64,000 bases of DNA from Chloroflexota bacterium (GTDB lineage: Bacteria > Chloroflexota > UBA11872 > VXNJ01), in contig OZ253449.1 of assembly GCA_965261345.1 (NCBI GenBank), positions 1,952,001 through 2,016,000 of the forward strand, in the 5' to 3' direction. Numbering within the stretch: the stretch's first letter is position 1; each line of letters begins with the position of its first letter. This document shows, piece after piece, positions 27,861 to 38,190 of this stretch. The notes beneath the pieces were generated by a model. That model was given only the letters and a program-made list of their open reading frames with translations. It searched no databases and was not told the DNA's origin. The position numbers were made by a program, and so were the translations under genes.

Positions 27861-29105
27861 CTAGCTGATCCCTAGCGCGGCATCAATCGGTGCCTGGTAG
27901 GCGTAAGCCTGCTTGGCTATGACCTCGTCGGGGTCGACCGGACGACCGGCGGCGTTGGATTCGAGCTGCGCGTAGGCCAGTGCCAGGTCGCGCAGCCCCT
28001 GGCGACCATCGCATTCGGGTCGACGCTTTCCGTCGCTGGCGATGGCGTCCAGAAAGTTGGCAAATTGCAGTCCGAATTCATGCTCGATCCCCATCGGGAA
28101 CCAGCTCTCGAGCAGCCCCTGGTCGGCCTCGTGCTCAAGCAGTTCGATCACGTCCTGCTGCACGCCGTTGCGATCGGTAAGGACCGGGCCGATTACCGAT
28201 CCTGAACTTCCGTAGTAGGCGGTAACTATCGGCTGGTCAAGCGGGTCGCCGTGCAGGCCCCGGACGATAAGCAATTGACCGTAACCGCCGCCGACAAAAC
28301 GGAGCTGCGAAATGCAGAAATCGTCGGATTCATCATCGACCCGTTCGTAGTCTGATTGCGCATCGGGGGCAATCTTTTGACTTTCCAGAGTGTCGGTGTA
28401 GGCCGACACCTGCCCGATGGGGCCGGCCACGTATTCGAGCACGTGCAGCCGGTGGACCCCCAGGTCAACCGCGGTGTTGGAGCCGACCCGGTCGCGGATG
28501 TGGCGCCAGACCCCGCCCGACCCAAGGGTTGGCGACCTGCCCGGTACGCCCATTTCACGGTGCAGCGCGAAACTGAACTGGCCGATGTGGCCGTTGGCCA
28601 AGGCCCAGTGCTGGGCGCGGTGCAATTTGATGTGGCGGGCCATTTCGGCCACTGCCAGGACGCATCCGGCCCGGTCGGCGGCATCGACCATGAGCTGCCC
28701 GGCCGCGGTTGTGATTGCCATCGGCTTTTCCACCAAGGCGTGCACGCCGGCGCCAAAACAGTCGAGCGCCATCACGTGGTGCTGGCCGGTTTGGGTGAGC
28801 ACCAAGGCTGCGTCAACTACGTCATCGTCGAGCATCTTCCGATAGTCGGTATAGACGGCGGGCCGGTGCTCCTGCAGCTGGCTAACGTAACTGTGAGGGG
28901 TCGACATCGGATTGGCCGGGTCCGAGACGGCCGGCTCGCGCGGGGTGACCCCGTCCTCGGGCGAACGGAACATGAGCGCGTTTTCAATGTGTCCCGAGCA
29001 CAACGCGGTAATCGTCGCTTCGGCCACGCCCTTCTCCAGGACCTGCCCGATTCCGGCCAGATGGGCCGGCAGGACCCGCCCGCATCCAATAACTCCGATT
29101 CGCAT
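27861..29105 (-). CDS. Gfo/Idh/MocA family oxidoreductase
   Basis: IGVIGCG, VEKPMA, DLGVH. Confidence 0.85.
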   Translation of the reverse strand: MRIGVIGCGRVLPAHLAGIGQVLEKGVAEATITALCSGHIENALMFRSPEDGVTPREPAVSDPANPMSTPHSYVSQLQEHRPAVYTDYRKMLDDDVVDAALVLTQTGQHHVMALDCFGAGVHALVEKPMAITTAAGQLMVDAADRAGCVLAVAEMARHIKLHRAQHWALANGHIGQFSFALHREMGVPGRSPTLGSGGVWRHIRDRVGSNTAVDLGVHRLHVLEYVAGPIGQVSAYTDTLESQKIAPDAQSDYERVDDESDDFCISQLRFVGGGYGQLLIVRGLHGDPLDQPIVTAYYGSSGSVIGPVLTDRNGVQQDVIELLEHEADQGLLESWFPMGIEHEFGLQFANFLDAIASDGKRRPECDGRQGLRDLALAYAQLESNAAGRPVDPDEVIAKQAYAYQAPIDAALGIS

Positions 29106-29270
29106 CAAAAGCGCTCCATATTTTGTTACCGCGCGAACTGGTGCGACCTTAGGTGCCACAACCTCCGCCCATTAATTTTGCTCCGTTCCCCCGAGCGCGC
29201 TGGCGATCCCGGTGATAATGGCGCCAGCGTCCCGCGCCCACCTATTTCTCCGAGATTGGAACCACCGTTG

Positions 29271-30230
29271 ATGCAGAAGATCCGCCTTGGAACCACCGAC
29301 CTGCTCGCCACCCCGGTCTGCATTGGCACCAGCGCGCTAGGCGACATGCCCGACACCTACACCTACTCGGTCGATATCGACCGCGCATTGGCGACCGTAC
29401 GGGCAATCTTGGACGGGCCGATCAACTTCCTCGACGTCTCGCGCAATTACGGGCTCGGGCGATCGGAGGAACGGATCGGACGGGTCATTAGGGAACGCGG
29501 CGGGACGCCGGACGGTTTCGTGCTATCGACCAAAGTCGACCGCGACATGGACACCCTGATCCTCGACGCCGGGCAGGTGCGGCGCTCGCTTAGCGAGAGC
29601 CTGGAGGCCCTGGGGTTGGAGAAGGTGGAGATCCTGCATTTGCACGACCCTGAATACGCCGCCGATATCACCCAGATCACCGCGCCCGGCGGGGCCCTGG
29701 ATGAGCTCTTCAAGATCAAAGACGAAGGGTTGGCCGACTACGTTGGCCTGGCTGCCGGCAAGGTTGACGTAATGTTGCCGCTGATTGAGAGCTTTGAATT
29801 TGATTTCATGGTCACCCACAACCGCTTTTCGATCATCAATTCCAACGCCGAACCGCTGATAAATCGGGCGGTTGCCCGGGGAACCGTGGTGCTCAATGCC
29901 GCGCCTTATATGGGTGGTGTCTTGGCCAAGGGTCCTGATGCCTTCCCGCGCATGACCTACATGCCGGCCGGTCCCGAAAAGCTGGACCCGGTCCGCAAAC
30001 TGGAGAGCCTGTGCCGTCGGTATTCAATCCCGCTGGGCGCGGCCGCGCTGCAGTATTCGATCCGCGACCGCCGGGTTGGATCAACGATCTGTGGCGCCTC
30101 GCGGCCCGAACGCATCGCCGAGACGGTCGAATGGGCCACGTTGCCAATTCCGGACGAGTTCTGGGCGGCGGCCCAGATTGAGCCTGACGCGGGCGATCCC
30201 GAGGCCGACCGCGAGTATATGCCCGCCTAG
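29271..30230 (+). CDS. Aldo/keto reductase
   Basis: DVSRNYGLGRSEERIG, STKV, LHDP; the long N-terminal extension in the ORF track is a shadow of the opposite gene. Confidence 0.88.
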   Translation: MQKIRLGTTDLLATPVCIGTSALGDMPDTYTYSVDIDRALATVRAILDGPINFLDVSRNYGLGRSEERIGRVIRERGGTPDGFVLSTKVDRDMDTLILDAGQVRRSLSESLEALGLEKVEILHLHDPEYAADITQITAPGGALDELFKIKDEGLADYVGLAAGKVDVMLPLIESFEFDFMVTHNRFSIINSNAEPLINRAVARGTVVLNAAPYMGGVLAKGPDAFPRMTYMPAGPEKLDPVRKLESLCRRYSIPLGAAALQYSIRDRRVGSTICGASRPERIAETVEWATLPIPDEFWAAAQIEPDAGDPEADREYMPA

Positions 30231-30270
30231 GCTGTCCAACCACGAGCATTGCGATGGCGGCCGATTCGAA

Positions 30271-32532
30271 CTATCCGGCTGGGCTGATCGCCGGCGGCTC
30301 GATCGGGATAGATACCAGGAAGCGCGTAAATTCCCCCGGTTCCGATTCAACGGTAATCGTTCCGCCGCGGCGGGCGACGATATCGTTCGATATCGAAAGT
30401 CCCAACCCGGTGCCTTTGTCCGGAGGCTTGGTCGTAAAGAACGGGTTAAAAATCTTGCCGACCAGGTCGGTCGGAATCCCGGCGCCGTTGTCCCAGACGG
30501 CGATCTTGGCCTGACCGTTTTCGCGCTTGGCGGTAACCCTGATGGTCGGGCCATTCTCTTCAGACGACGATTTGCTAGTTGGCCGGCCGTTTTGCCAGTG
30601 CGCGTAGGCAGCATCGCAGGCGTTGGCGACCAGGTTCAGCAGCACCCTGCCCATGTCTTGCGAGACCAGACTGATCTCTCCGAGTTCGTCATCTAAGTCC
30701 TCGACCACGTCTATGTTGAGGTCGGGATTGCGGCTGCGGGCGGCCTGGTAGGCCAGCTTGGTGTGCAGGGTGACCAATTGACACACGTCGGTGGCCTGCA
30801 TTTCGTCACCGGACCCTCGCCCCATCCGCAGCATGTTGGTCACGATGTTTTCGGCGCGGTCGCCGTGACTGCGGATTCGGCCCAGATTTTCGGCCAGGTC
30901 GCCGGCGATCTCGATTATCAGTTCACGCCCCGCCTGGCCTATCTGGCCGGCCTCGGGGTCAACGATTTCGGTCAATTCCTCGATCAGTTCCTCAGAACCT
31001 TCCGAGAAATTCTTTACGAAATTGAGAGGGTTTCTGATCTCATGGGCAACCGCCGCGGTCAGCTCGCCCAACGCCGCCAGTTTTTCCTGGGCCACAACCT
31101 GCCCCTGCGCCCTGCGCAGTTGCTCAAGCGTCGTTTCCAGCTCATCGTTCTTAGATTGGAGCTGTCCGGCCAGCTGCTCCACTAGGTTGAGCCGTTGCAC
31201 TTCGAGGGCGTGGCGCCGAAACACTTCAAGCGCCCGGGCCATTTCAGCAATCTCGTCCTGGCCACGCAGGATTACTCGCGCTTCCAGATCACCGCCGGCC
31301 AATTGCCGCATCCAGTTGGACATAAGGCCGATCCGCCGCGATAGGATCCTGCCGACGTAGAAGTAGGCGATCAACACGCCGCCGACGATCGCAAAAATGG
31401 AAATGAAGATCAATAGAACCCTGCCGATGAGGATCGATTGCCGCGACTGCTCGGTGGTAACGTTCGACAGTGCCAAAGCGTCTTGTACCAGGCCGTCAAC
31501 TTCCGCACCCAGGATCTGCGAGGTTATTCGGGTACGGGCCAGCAGTTCGGCTTGCTGTCCACCAAGCCGCAGTCTGCGCTCCAGCAAGTCGAACCCGCCG
31601 CCGTTGGCCAGCGCCAATCCGTCAAGCCTTCCGAAGATCGGGTCCAGGAACCCTCGCACGGGAGCATTGGCAAGACCGGCCAGGCCCAATTCGATTCGCT
31701 CGGCGGCGGCCTCATAGCGTTCCCGAATTGGTTCGAGGGTGGCGGCGTCGGTGAGGGTGAAAGCCGACGCCAACAGTTGCCCGGCAATCTCGGCATCGGC
31801 CTGAATTTCGGCCAGCCGCCGATAGGTAGTGAGTTCGAGCTGAGTGAAGTACTCACCCTCGGGGTGAGCTTGCAATTGCCCGGGCGCGCCCCTCAGGCCC
31901 GTGGCGAGGTAGAAGAGTTGGTCGTCGATCGCCGGCGCCAGATAGTTGTCCAGGTCGGCACGCAGAATTGCCACCTGGTTGGAGAATGCGGCAATTTCGT
32001 GATCCAGCTGAAGGGTTTCCTGTTGATCCTCGGCCAACTGGGCAATATCTGAATCGATTGCCGCAATATAGCCCCGCAGCGCGTTGATCCGTTCGCCGCC
32101 ACCGGCAACTGCTGAAAACTTGGCCAACTCGGCTTCAATCTGGTCGTGGACCGTGTCCAGGTTTCGATTGACCCGCTCGAATTCGGTCTGTGAATCGGAA
32201 GTAATGATCTGCGGCCCGGCCGCCAGCAGGGTTGACGTGTGTCGCGCCAGGGTAAAGGCGGACGTCAATTCCGGGATGGTCGCACTGGTTATTTCGGTCT
32301 GTGAACGGCCAACTGCCTCGAAGGAAATCATGCCGGTCAAACCGGCGCTAAAGGTCAGCAACAGGGCTCCGCCAATCCCGATGTATATGTGGGTTGAGAT
32401 TTGTCGCGGAAACACCGGTAGGCGTACCAGCAGGCGCTCCCAGAAGCCGGGCCCGGCAGGGGTGGGGGCGCCGTCGCCGGTTGCGTCTTGACCTGAGGTT
32501 GAATTCCGTTGCGGGAAATTCGTACTGGACAT
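30271..32532 (-). CDS. Membrane sensor histidine kinase (large helical extracytoplasmic domain, TorS-like; HAMP, HisKA, HATPase)
   Basis: Two hydrophobic segments, GQDEIAEMA HAMP, AHEIRNPL, NLVANA, DNGAG, PFFTTK, GTGLGL. Confidence 0.92.
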   Translation of the reverse strand: MSSTNFPQRNSTSGQDATGDGAPTPAGPGFWERLLVRLPVFPRQISTHIYIGIGGALLLTFSAGLTGMISFEAVGRSQTEITSATIPELTSAFTLARHTSTLLAAGPQIITSDSQTEFERVNRNLDTVHDQIEAELAKFSAVAGGGERINALRGYIAAIDSDIAQLAEDQQETLQLDHEIAAFSNQVAILRADLDNYLAPAIDDQLFYLATGLRGAPGQLQAHPEGEYFTQLELTTYRRLAEIQADAEIAGQLLASAFTLTDAATLEPIRERYEAAAERIELGLAGLANAPVRGFLDPIFGRLDGLALANGGGFDLLERRLRLGGQQAELLARTRITSQILGAEVDGLVQDALALSNVTTEQSRQSILIGRVLLIFISIFAIVGGVLIAYFYVGRILSRRIGLMSNWMRQLAGGDLEARVILRGQDEIAEMARALEVFRRHALEVQRLNLVEQLAGQLQSKNDELETTLEQLRRAQGQVVAQEKLAALGELTAAVAHEIRNPLNFVKNFSEGSEELIEELTEIVDPEAGQIGQAGRELIIEIAGDLAENLGRIRSHGDRAENIVTNMLRMGRGSGDEMQATDVCQLVTLHTKLAYQAARSRNPDLNIDVVEDLDDELGEISLVSQDMGRVLLNLVANACDAAYAHWQNGRPTSKSSSEENGPTIRVTAKRENGQAKIAVWDNGAGIPTDLVGKIFNPFFTTKPPDKGTGLGLSISNDIVARRGGTITVESEPGEFTRFLVSIPIEPPAISPAG

Positions 32533-33798
32533 TTATCCTTCAACCGGCGCGAATTGGCCGTCGCTGCCGATGACCGTTAAGAAAACCCGGTCGGATCCCT
32601 GGTTGTCGTTCTCACCGAAGGCCAGTTCAAACCCCCCGAGTTGAATCCGACTGCTGGCCCGCAGACGCTCCAGGAAGCAGTTGCGGTCCAGGGCGGCGCC
32701 ACACATTTCCAACCCGGCGATTGCCAGCCGTCCGGCCAGGTAGCCTTCAAACGAGACGAACCCGGGGGTTGCCGCCGGGTCGTGTTCGGCCAGCGCCGCC
32801 AGGTATTGGGCGGTAATGGGCAAGGCCGGATCAGTCGGGAACGGAACCACCTGGGTCACCTGGACACCCACCCCCTGCGGCCCCAGATGTTCGGCCAGCG
32901 AATTGCTGCCCACAAACGAGATCGCAACGAATTCTGAATCCAAGCCGGTGGCCTTGGCCAGTGCGATAAGCGAGCCGACCGGTTCATAGGCCCCGACCGC
33001 GATGATCGCCTCGGGCGCCGCCGCGGCAAGATCTAACAGCGCGGTCTTGACCGCCGTTGTATTGCGGGTATAGAGTCCCACTCCGACCGCTGCCATGCCG
33101 CGCCGGTCCAGCGCCGCGCGTACTCCGTTGTAACCCGCCCGTCCGAATGAATCGTCCTGGTAGAGCACCCCCACCCGGGTATATCCCTTGACCCCTACGA
33201 GCTGCTGCACCATGGCCTCGGTCTCCTGGTCATAGGACGCCCGCAGGTTGATCACGATCCCAAGATCCGGATTGCGCAAGAATCCGGCCCCGGTAAAGGG
33301 GGCAATGAACGGGACGCCGGTTTCAGCGGCCACCGGCACGGTTGAGCGCGATGTCGGGGTCCCCACTGATCCGATCAGGGCAAAAACGGCCGAATTCCGT
33401 ATTAAGGACTGGGCATTGGCGATTGCGGCTTCAGGTTCGTAGTAGTCGTCGAGCGATTTGAGCCGCAATCTGCGGCCGGCGATCCCGCCGGCCGCGTTGG
33501 CTTCAGCAAAAGCGGCCAGGATGCCGCGCCGCATCTCGATGCCCAACCCTCGGGCGGGCCCGCTGAAAGCGGCGGTCTGGCCAAAAAGCACAAATTCGGA
33601 ATAGACTCCCGGATCATTGGGCACTGCGGGATCGCCGGCTTGGGCGGCGGCCACATCGGGAACCATCGCCGGATCGGCGGCCGAAGGCTGGTTCCAGCGC
33701 AATTGCCATGCGATCGCCAATCCGATCACGACCATTCCGATTAGCGCCAGTCCGGCCAACCTATACCGGATGCGCGTCGCGAACAGAATCGGTCGCAC
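32533..33798 (-). CDS. Type I periplasmic binding protein (LivJ-like, ABC substrate-binding fold)
   Basis: GQTAAFSGP, LDDYYEP, GSVGTPT, NLRASY, SFEGY; N-terminal membrane anchor. Confidence 0.85.
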   Translation of the reverse strand: MRPILFATRIRYRLAGLALIGMVVIGLAIAWQLRWNQPSAADPAMVPDVAAAQAGDPAVPNDPGVYSEFVLFGQTAAFSGPARGLGIEMRRGILAAFAEANAAGGIAGRRLRLKSLDDYYEPEAAIANAQSLIRNSAVFALIGSVGTPTSRSTVPVAAETGVPFIAPFTGAGFLRNPDLGIVINLRASYDQETEAMVQQLVGVKGYTRVGVLYQDDSFGRAGYNGVRAALDRRGMAAVGVGLYTRNTTAVKTALLDLAAAAPEAIIAVGAYEPVGSLIALAKATGLDSEFVAISFVGSNSLAEHLGPQGVGVQVTQVVPFPTDPALPITAQYLAALAEHDPAATPGFVSFEGYLAGRLAIAGLEMCGAALDRNCFLERLRASSRIQLGGFELAFGENDNQGSDRVFLTVIGSDGQFAPVEG

Positions 33799-34215
33799 CT
33801 AGCGCGATATAACGACGTCTAGATAGTTGCGATCGGCCTCGCGCCGGTAGTGGATGCTTTCGGCCAGGGCGACGCAGAGAAAGACTCCCAGCCCGCCAAT
33901 GGGCCGTTCTTCCAGCGACGCGTCGACATCCGGAGAGGATGTTTCGCGAAGCGGGTCAAAGGCGATGCCGGAGTCGCTGAACTCGATCAACACCGATTGC
34001 GGGGTCGCCTCTATCACCATTTCAAACGTCTCCTCCTGCTTTAAGCCCGAATAGGAGATGATGTTGAGCCCGAGCTCCTCAACCGCTAACTCAACCTTGA
34101 ATTCCAGCTCCGAGGACCAGCCGTCGGCGCGGGCGAATTCGCCGACCGCACCTGCCATGTTGGCGATTTCTTCCCGCCGGGCAGGGTACCGCCAGGATTT
34201 TTTCACCGATATCAA
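33799..34215 (-). CDS. Anti-sigma factor-type Ser kinase (RsbW/SpoIIAB-like)
   Basis: LAVEELGLNII, DSGIAFDP, RPIGGLG. Confidence 0.88.
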   Translation of the reverse strand: MISVKKSWRYPARREEIANMAGAVGEFARADGWSSELEFKVELAVEELGLNIISYSGLKQEETFEMVIEATPQSVLIEFSDSGIAFDPLRETSSPDVDASLEERPIGGLGVFLCVALAESIHYRREADRNYLDVVISR

Positions 34216-35438
34216 TCCCCACCGATTCGACAGAGCGCCAGACAGGTAATGTCGTCGAACTGGTCGTACCCGGCGGAAAAATCATCGACCGAGGCGGTTA
34301 CCGTGGCGATTGCGGTATCGGCGGCGTTCGGCGGGTTGGACGCGAGCAGTTCGCGAAGACGATCCAGTCCGAACTGGTCGCTACCGTCCGAAGTGGCATC
34401 GGTTACCCCGTCGGTATAGGAAACAAAAGAATCGCCCGGTTCAAGCTGAAGTGTTGCCGATTCGTATTCGAATCCGGGCAACACGCCCATGGCGATGCCG
34501 CCAGTAGTTGGCAGCACCCTGGTTTGGCCGTCGCTGCTTACCACCAGCGGCTGATCGTGGCCGGCGTTGGCATAGTCCAGGACCCCTGAGGCTGGGTCGT
34601 ACTCGCCGTAGAAAACGGTCACGAACATCGTGTCCGGGTTGTCGGCGCAGAGCAGGTCGTTGGCTTCGGCCATGATCGCCCCCGGGTTACCCCCGCGCAT
34701 CGCCGCCCCCTTCAGGACGGTCCGCGCCGCCATCATAAAGAGGGCCGACGAGACGCCCTTGTCGGAGACGTCGGCGATGGTGATGCCAATTTTCCCGTTG
34801 CCCAATTCCAGTACGTCGTAGAAATCTCCACCCACGTTGCGGGCCGGTTTCATTGAAGCCGATACGCTGAAATTTTCCGCCGCCGGGAACGTGGTGGGAA
34901 GAATCGATTGCTGCAACCTACGGGCGATGTCGAGCTCGTTCTGCAGCGCCACCAGTTGGTCGCGCGCTGATAGGGCTGCCAACCAAAGGCTCAGGTTCTC
35001 AAGCGCCCGATCGATCGTTATCGCCAGATCCTTGAAATCGACCGGCTTGGTTACAAAGTCAAAGGCGCCCCGGTTCATGGCGGTGCGGATGTTGTCCATG
35101 TCGCCGTAGGCTGAAATGATCACGGCGCGGATGTCAGGGTCGATCTTGGGGATCTGCTGGAGCAGCGTCAGGCCGTCCATCTTGGGCATATTGATATCGG
35201 AGAGGACCAGCTTGATATCGCGGTCTTGCTCTAACTGCTCGAGCGCTTCAACGCCGTTGCTGGCAAAACTGAATTCGTACAGTCCGGCCCGGATGCTGCG
35301 CCGCAGGCGCTGCCGGATCAGTGGTTGCAGATCGGGTTCGTCATCGACAACGAGGATCTTGCTCGGTTTATCGGAGGGAGCCGGCCTATCCGCGTTGCCG
35401 GCCGCCGCGCGATCAGACGACGGACGATGGACGGTCAT
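34212..35438 (-). CDS. Response regulator receiver fused to PP2C/SpoIIE phosphatase (RsbU/RsbP-like)
   Basis: VVDDE, SDINMP, FVTKP; VGGDFYD, ADVSDKG, YTDGVTD, DDIT. Confidence 0.92.
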   Translation of the reverse strand: MTVHRPSSDRAAAGNADRPAPSDKPSKILVVDDEPDLQPLIRQRLRRSIRAGLYEFSFASNGVEALEQLEQDRDIKLVLSDINMPKMDGLTLLQQIPKIDPDIRAVIISAYGDMDNIRTAMNRGAFDFVTKPVDFKDLAITIDRALENLSLWLAALSARDQLVALQNELDIARRLQQSILPTTFPAAENFSVSASMKPARNVGGDFYDVLELGNGKIGITIADVSDKGVSSALFMMAARTVLKGAAMRGGNPGAIMAEANDLLCADNPDTMFVTVFYGEYDPASGVLDYANAGHDQPLVVSSDGQTRVLPTTGGIAMGVLPGFEYESATLQLEPGDSFVSYTDGVTDATSDGSDQFGLDRLRELLASNPPNAADTAIATVTASVDDFSAGYDQFDDITCLALCRIGGD

Positions 35439-35486
35439 TGCGCGATCTTTTCGGCCAGGCGGTCAAGCCAGCGGAAAAGCACTAGA

Positions 35487-35834
35487 TCACCCGTTCAATG
35501 CGGCTACGGCTGAGGCCTGATCGGAATGAACGTTGATGATCCTGTCGAATCCGGAAATCCGGAATACTTCGCTGATCTGCGGGTTTAATGCGCAGGCCGC
35601 CATCTGGCCGCCACTCTGGCTCATTTTGCGGGCCAGCAGCAATACCACCCGCAATCCGGCGCTGGAAATATAGGTGATATCGGCAAAGTCCAGGACGAGA
35701 GATTTATCGTCCTCGGTCAATGCCGATTCGACGTTTGCGAACACATCGCGCGCATTGGTGCCGTCGACGCGGCCGGAAAGCTCGGTAATTAGCACCGATC
35801 CCTCGCGTATCGCGTTAAAGCTGGCTTCGCCCAT
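35487..35834 (-). CDS. STAS anti-anti-sigma factor (RsbV-like)
   Basis: YISSAGLRV with phosphorylatable Ser; EVFRISGF. Confidence 0.9.
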   Translation of the reverse strand: MGEASFNAIREGSVLITELSGRVDGTNARDVFANVESALTEDDKSLVLDFADITYISSAGLRVVLLLARKMSQSGGQMAACALNPQISEVFRISGFDRIINVHSDQASAVAALNG

Positions 35835-36047
35835 ATTGCCCCTCTAGTAAAAAGGCCCCTAGTTGAATCTGAAGTTGGCCGTGCATTGCGATGCGAGCTT
35901 ACGCTCGCAATTGGGGTCAACTGCCGGAGCCCGGCACCCTCAGTTTAAAACTGTACGGATGCCGGTTGACGCAGCGGCGACCAAAGCACCGATCGGACGC
36001 CGATTCGGTGGCTTGCTATTACCAGTTCTCGGCCGGCAATTTGCTGG

Positions 36048-36812
36048 TTAGAACGGGCGGCGGGCGAGCGAGAACGATTGCCCGGTTGGGCCGCCGGTGG
36101 GCAGAACCGCCATCCAGGCGACCAGTTGCCCGACCTCGTCGGGATGCTTAACGCGTTCTGATTCGGCGAATGGTGGCGGTTTATCGGCGAATTCAGCCAG
36201 CACCGTCTCGACCGATGTGCGATCGTCGGCCCAACCGACATTGGTGGTTGCCACCAATCCGGGTATTACGTCGTTTACGTCGATGCCGCGATCCCAGACC
36301 TCCAGCGACAACACTTGAGTGAGCATGTGCACTCCGGCTTTGGCAACGGCGTAGGGGCTGTTGCCGGGCATGGCGCTCAGACCCATGCCGGAAGCGATAT
36401 TTATGATCTTGCCCCCGCGCGGAATGTGAGCGAGGAATGCCCTGGTCACGTAATAGGTCCCATATAAATTGATGTCAACCGTCTGCGTCCAACCCTGCGG
36501 CGAACTTTCGGCCAGGGGTAGTGTTTCAAAGGAGCCGCCGGCGTTGTTGACCAGGATGTCGCAGCCTGAAAATTCCGCGACCACCGCGTCGGCAAACTTG
36601 CTCACGGTTTCCCAGTCGGCCACGTCAACGCGGGCAACCATGCAGCGTCGGCCCAACAGGTTGACCGCTTCGGCCAGGCTGTTTAGTTCGTCAATCGAGC
36701 GCGAGCATCCCACAATATCGGCGCCCTCCCGCGCCAAGGCCATCGCGATCGAGCGGCCGATGCCTCTCCCGGCGCCGGTAATGACGGCGATTTTTCCCTG
36801 CAACTGGCCCAT
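36048..36812 (-). CDS. Short-chain dehydrogenase/reductase
   Basis: TGAGRGIG, VNNAG, YAVAK. Confidence 0.9.
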   Translation of the reverse strand: MGQLQGKIAVITGAGRGIGRSIAMALAREGADIVGCSRSIDELNSLAEAVNLLGRRCMVARVDVADWETVSKFADAVVAEFSGCDILVNNAGGSFETLPLAESSPQGWTQTVDINLYGTYYVTRAFLAHIPRGGKIINIASGMGLSAMPGNSPYAVAKAGVHMLTQVLSLEVWDRGIDVNDVIPGLVATTNVGWADDRTSVETVLAEFADKPPPFAESERVKHPDEVGQLVAWMAVLPTGGPTGQSFSLARRPF

Positions 36813-36991
36813 TGGCTGCGCAACTCCCTCGATTTCGGCATGCGGATCGTGCGACCCGCTTGCCGAGTTATTTGCCCAAGCAAATTTACCCGTCCGGAAA
36901 TTGGTACATAGAAAATAACTGTTGGTAGTTGAAAATCTAGCGTTGTTCGTTCGCCCAAGCCTCTGGCGGCACCCTTGGTTCTAATCCGATC

Positions 36992-38182
36992 TTGCCGATA
37001 AAAATCTCCCAGCGCGCCGACCGCATGGCCGAGTCGGCCACCATGGCGGTGGCCGGCCGCGCCGCCCAGATGCGGCGGCAAGGCATCGACGTTATCAGCT
37101 TCGGCGCCGGTGAACCGGATTTCGACACCCCCGATCCGGTCAAACGGGCGGCGATAGATGCCCTCGAGCAGGGCCGCACTGGATACGCTGCGCCGGCCTC
37201 GGGGATCGTCCCGCTTAAGGACGCGATTGAGCTCGCCCTGCGCCGTGACGCCGGGCTCGAATATGCGGCGAACCAGGTCATCGTTACCTGTGGTGGCAAG
37301 GAAGCCCTCTTCCTGGCGTTCGCCGCCCTGTTGGATCCCGGCGACGAGGTAATCATCCCGGCTCCATATTGGGTTTCCTTTCCCGAGCAGGTCACGCTCT
37401 GCGATGGAGTGCCGGTAATCGTTGCCGGAAAAAGGGAAAACGACTACAAGTTGACGCCCGATCAGGTGGCTGAAGCAATCACCGACCGAACCAGGGCATT
37501 CGTATTCAATTCCCCGTCAAACCCCGGCGGTTTCGTCTATTCGCCTGGTGAAGCCCGGGCCATCGCCGAGGTGTTTAGCGGTGGGCCGGTCACCGTGCTG
37601 GCCGACGAGATTTACGACCAGTTGGTATTCGGCGGGGCCGACTTTCAGAACTTTGCCAGCATTTCCGAAGATGCGTACCAGCGCACGATTACTTTCAACG
37701 CCTCCAGCAAGACATACGCGATGACCGGGTGGCGCTTGGGTTTTGCGGCCGGCCCTCAATCGGTGATTTCCGCCATGGCCAAGATCCAAACTCAGACGAC
37801 CTCCGGGGCCTGCAACTTCACCCAATACGGCTACGCTGCGGCCCTGGCAGGCGATCAGTCGCTGGTTGCCGAGCGGAGGTCGGAATTTGCCCGCCGCGGC
37901 CAGTACTGTTACGAACGCCTCAATCAGATGCCGGGGGTGCACTGTTCGCGCCCGCAGGGCGCTTTCTACGCGCTGCCCGATGTATCGGGCAGCTACGAAC
38001 GGCTTGGGGTCAGCGGATCAATTGAGTTTTCGGAGCGATTGCTCGAACAGGCCCACACCGCGGTAGTCGCCGGAGCGGCCTTCGGAATGGATGCGACGGT
38101 GCGCCTCAGTTTCGCCACCGACTTCGACACCCTCGTGAGGGGCCTGGACCGGATTGCGAAATTCCTCGAGGTGGAAATGTAG
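36992..38182 (+). CDS. PLP-dependent aminotransferase class I/II (aspartate aminotransferase-like)
   Basis: GEPDFDTP, SPSNP, DEIY, SKTYAMTGWRLG. Confidence 0.92.
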   Translation: MPIKISQRADRMAESATMAVAGRAAQMRRQGIDVISFGAGEPDFDTPDPVKRAAIDALEQGRTGYAAPASGIVPLKDAIELALRRDAGLEYAANQVIVTCGGKEALFLAFAALLDPGDEVIIPAPYWVSFPEQVTLCDGVPVIVAGKRENDYKLTPDQVAEAITDRTRAFVFNSPSNPGGFVYSPGEARAIAEVFSGGPVTVLADEIYDQLVFGGADFQNFASISEDAYQRTITFNASSKTYAMTGWRLGFAAGPQSVISAMAKIQTQTTSGACNFTQYGYAAALAGDQSLVAERRSEFARRGQYCYERLNQMPGVHCSRPQGAFYALPDVSGSYERLGVSGSIEFSERLLEQAHTAVVAGAAFGMDATVRLSFATDFDTLVRGLDRIAKFLEVEM

Positions 38183-38190
38183 ATGGATCG

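Noticed and set aside
28356-29270. Apparent 624-aa fusion to the aldo/keto reductase
   Set aside because: The first 305 aa are mostly the antisense shadow of the Gfo/Idh/MocA gene
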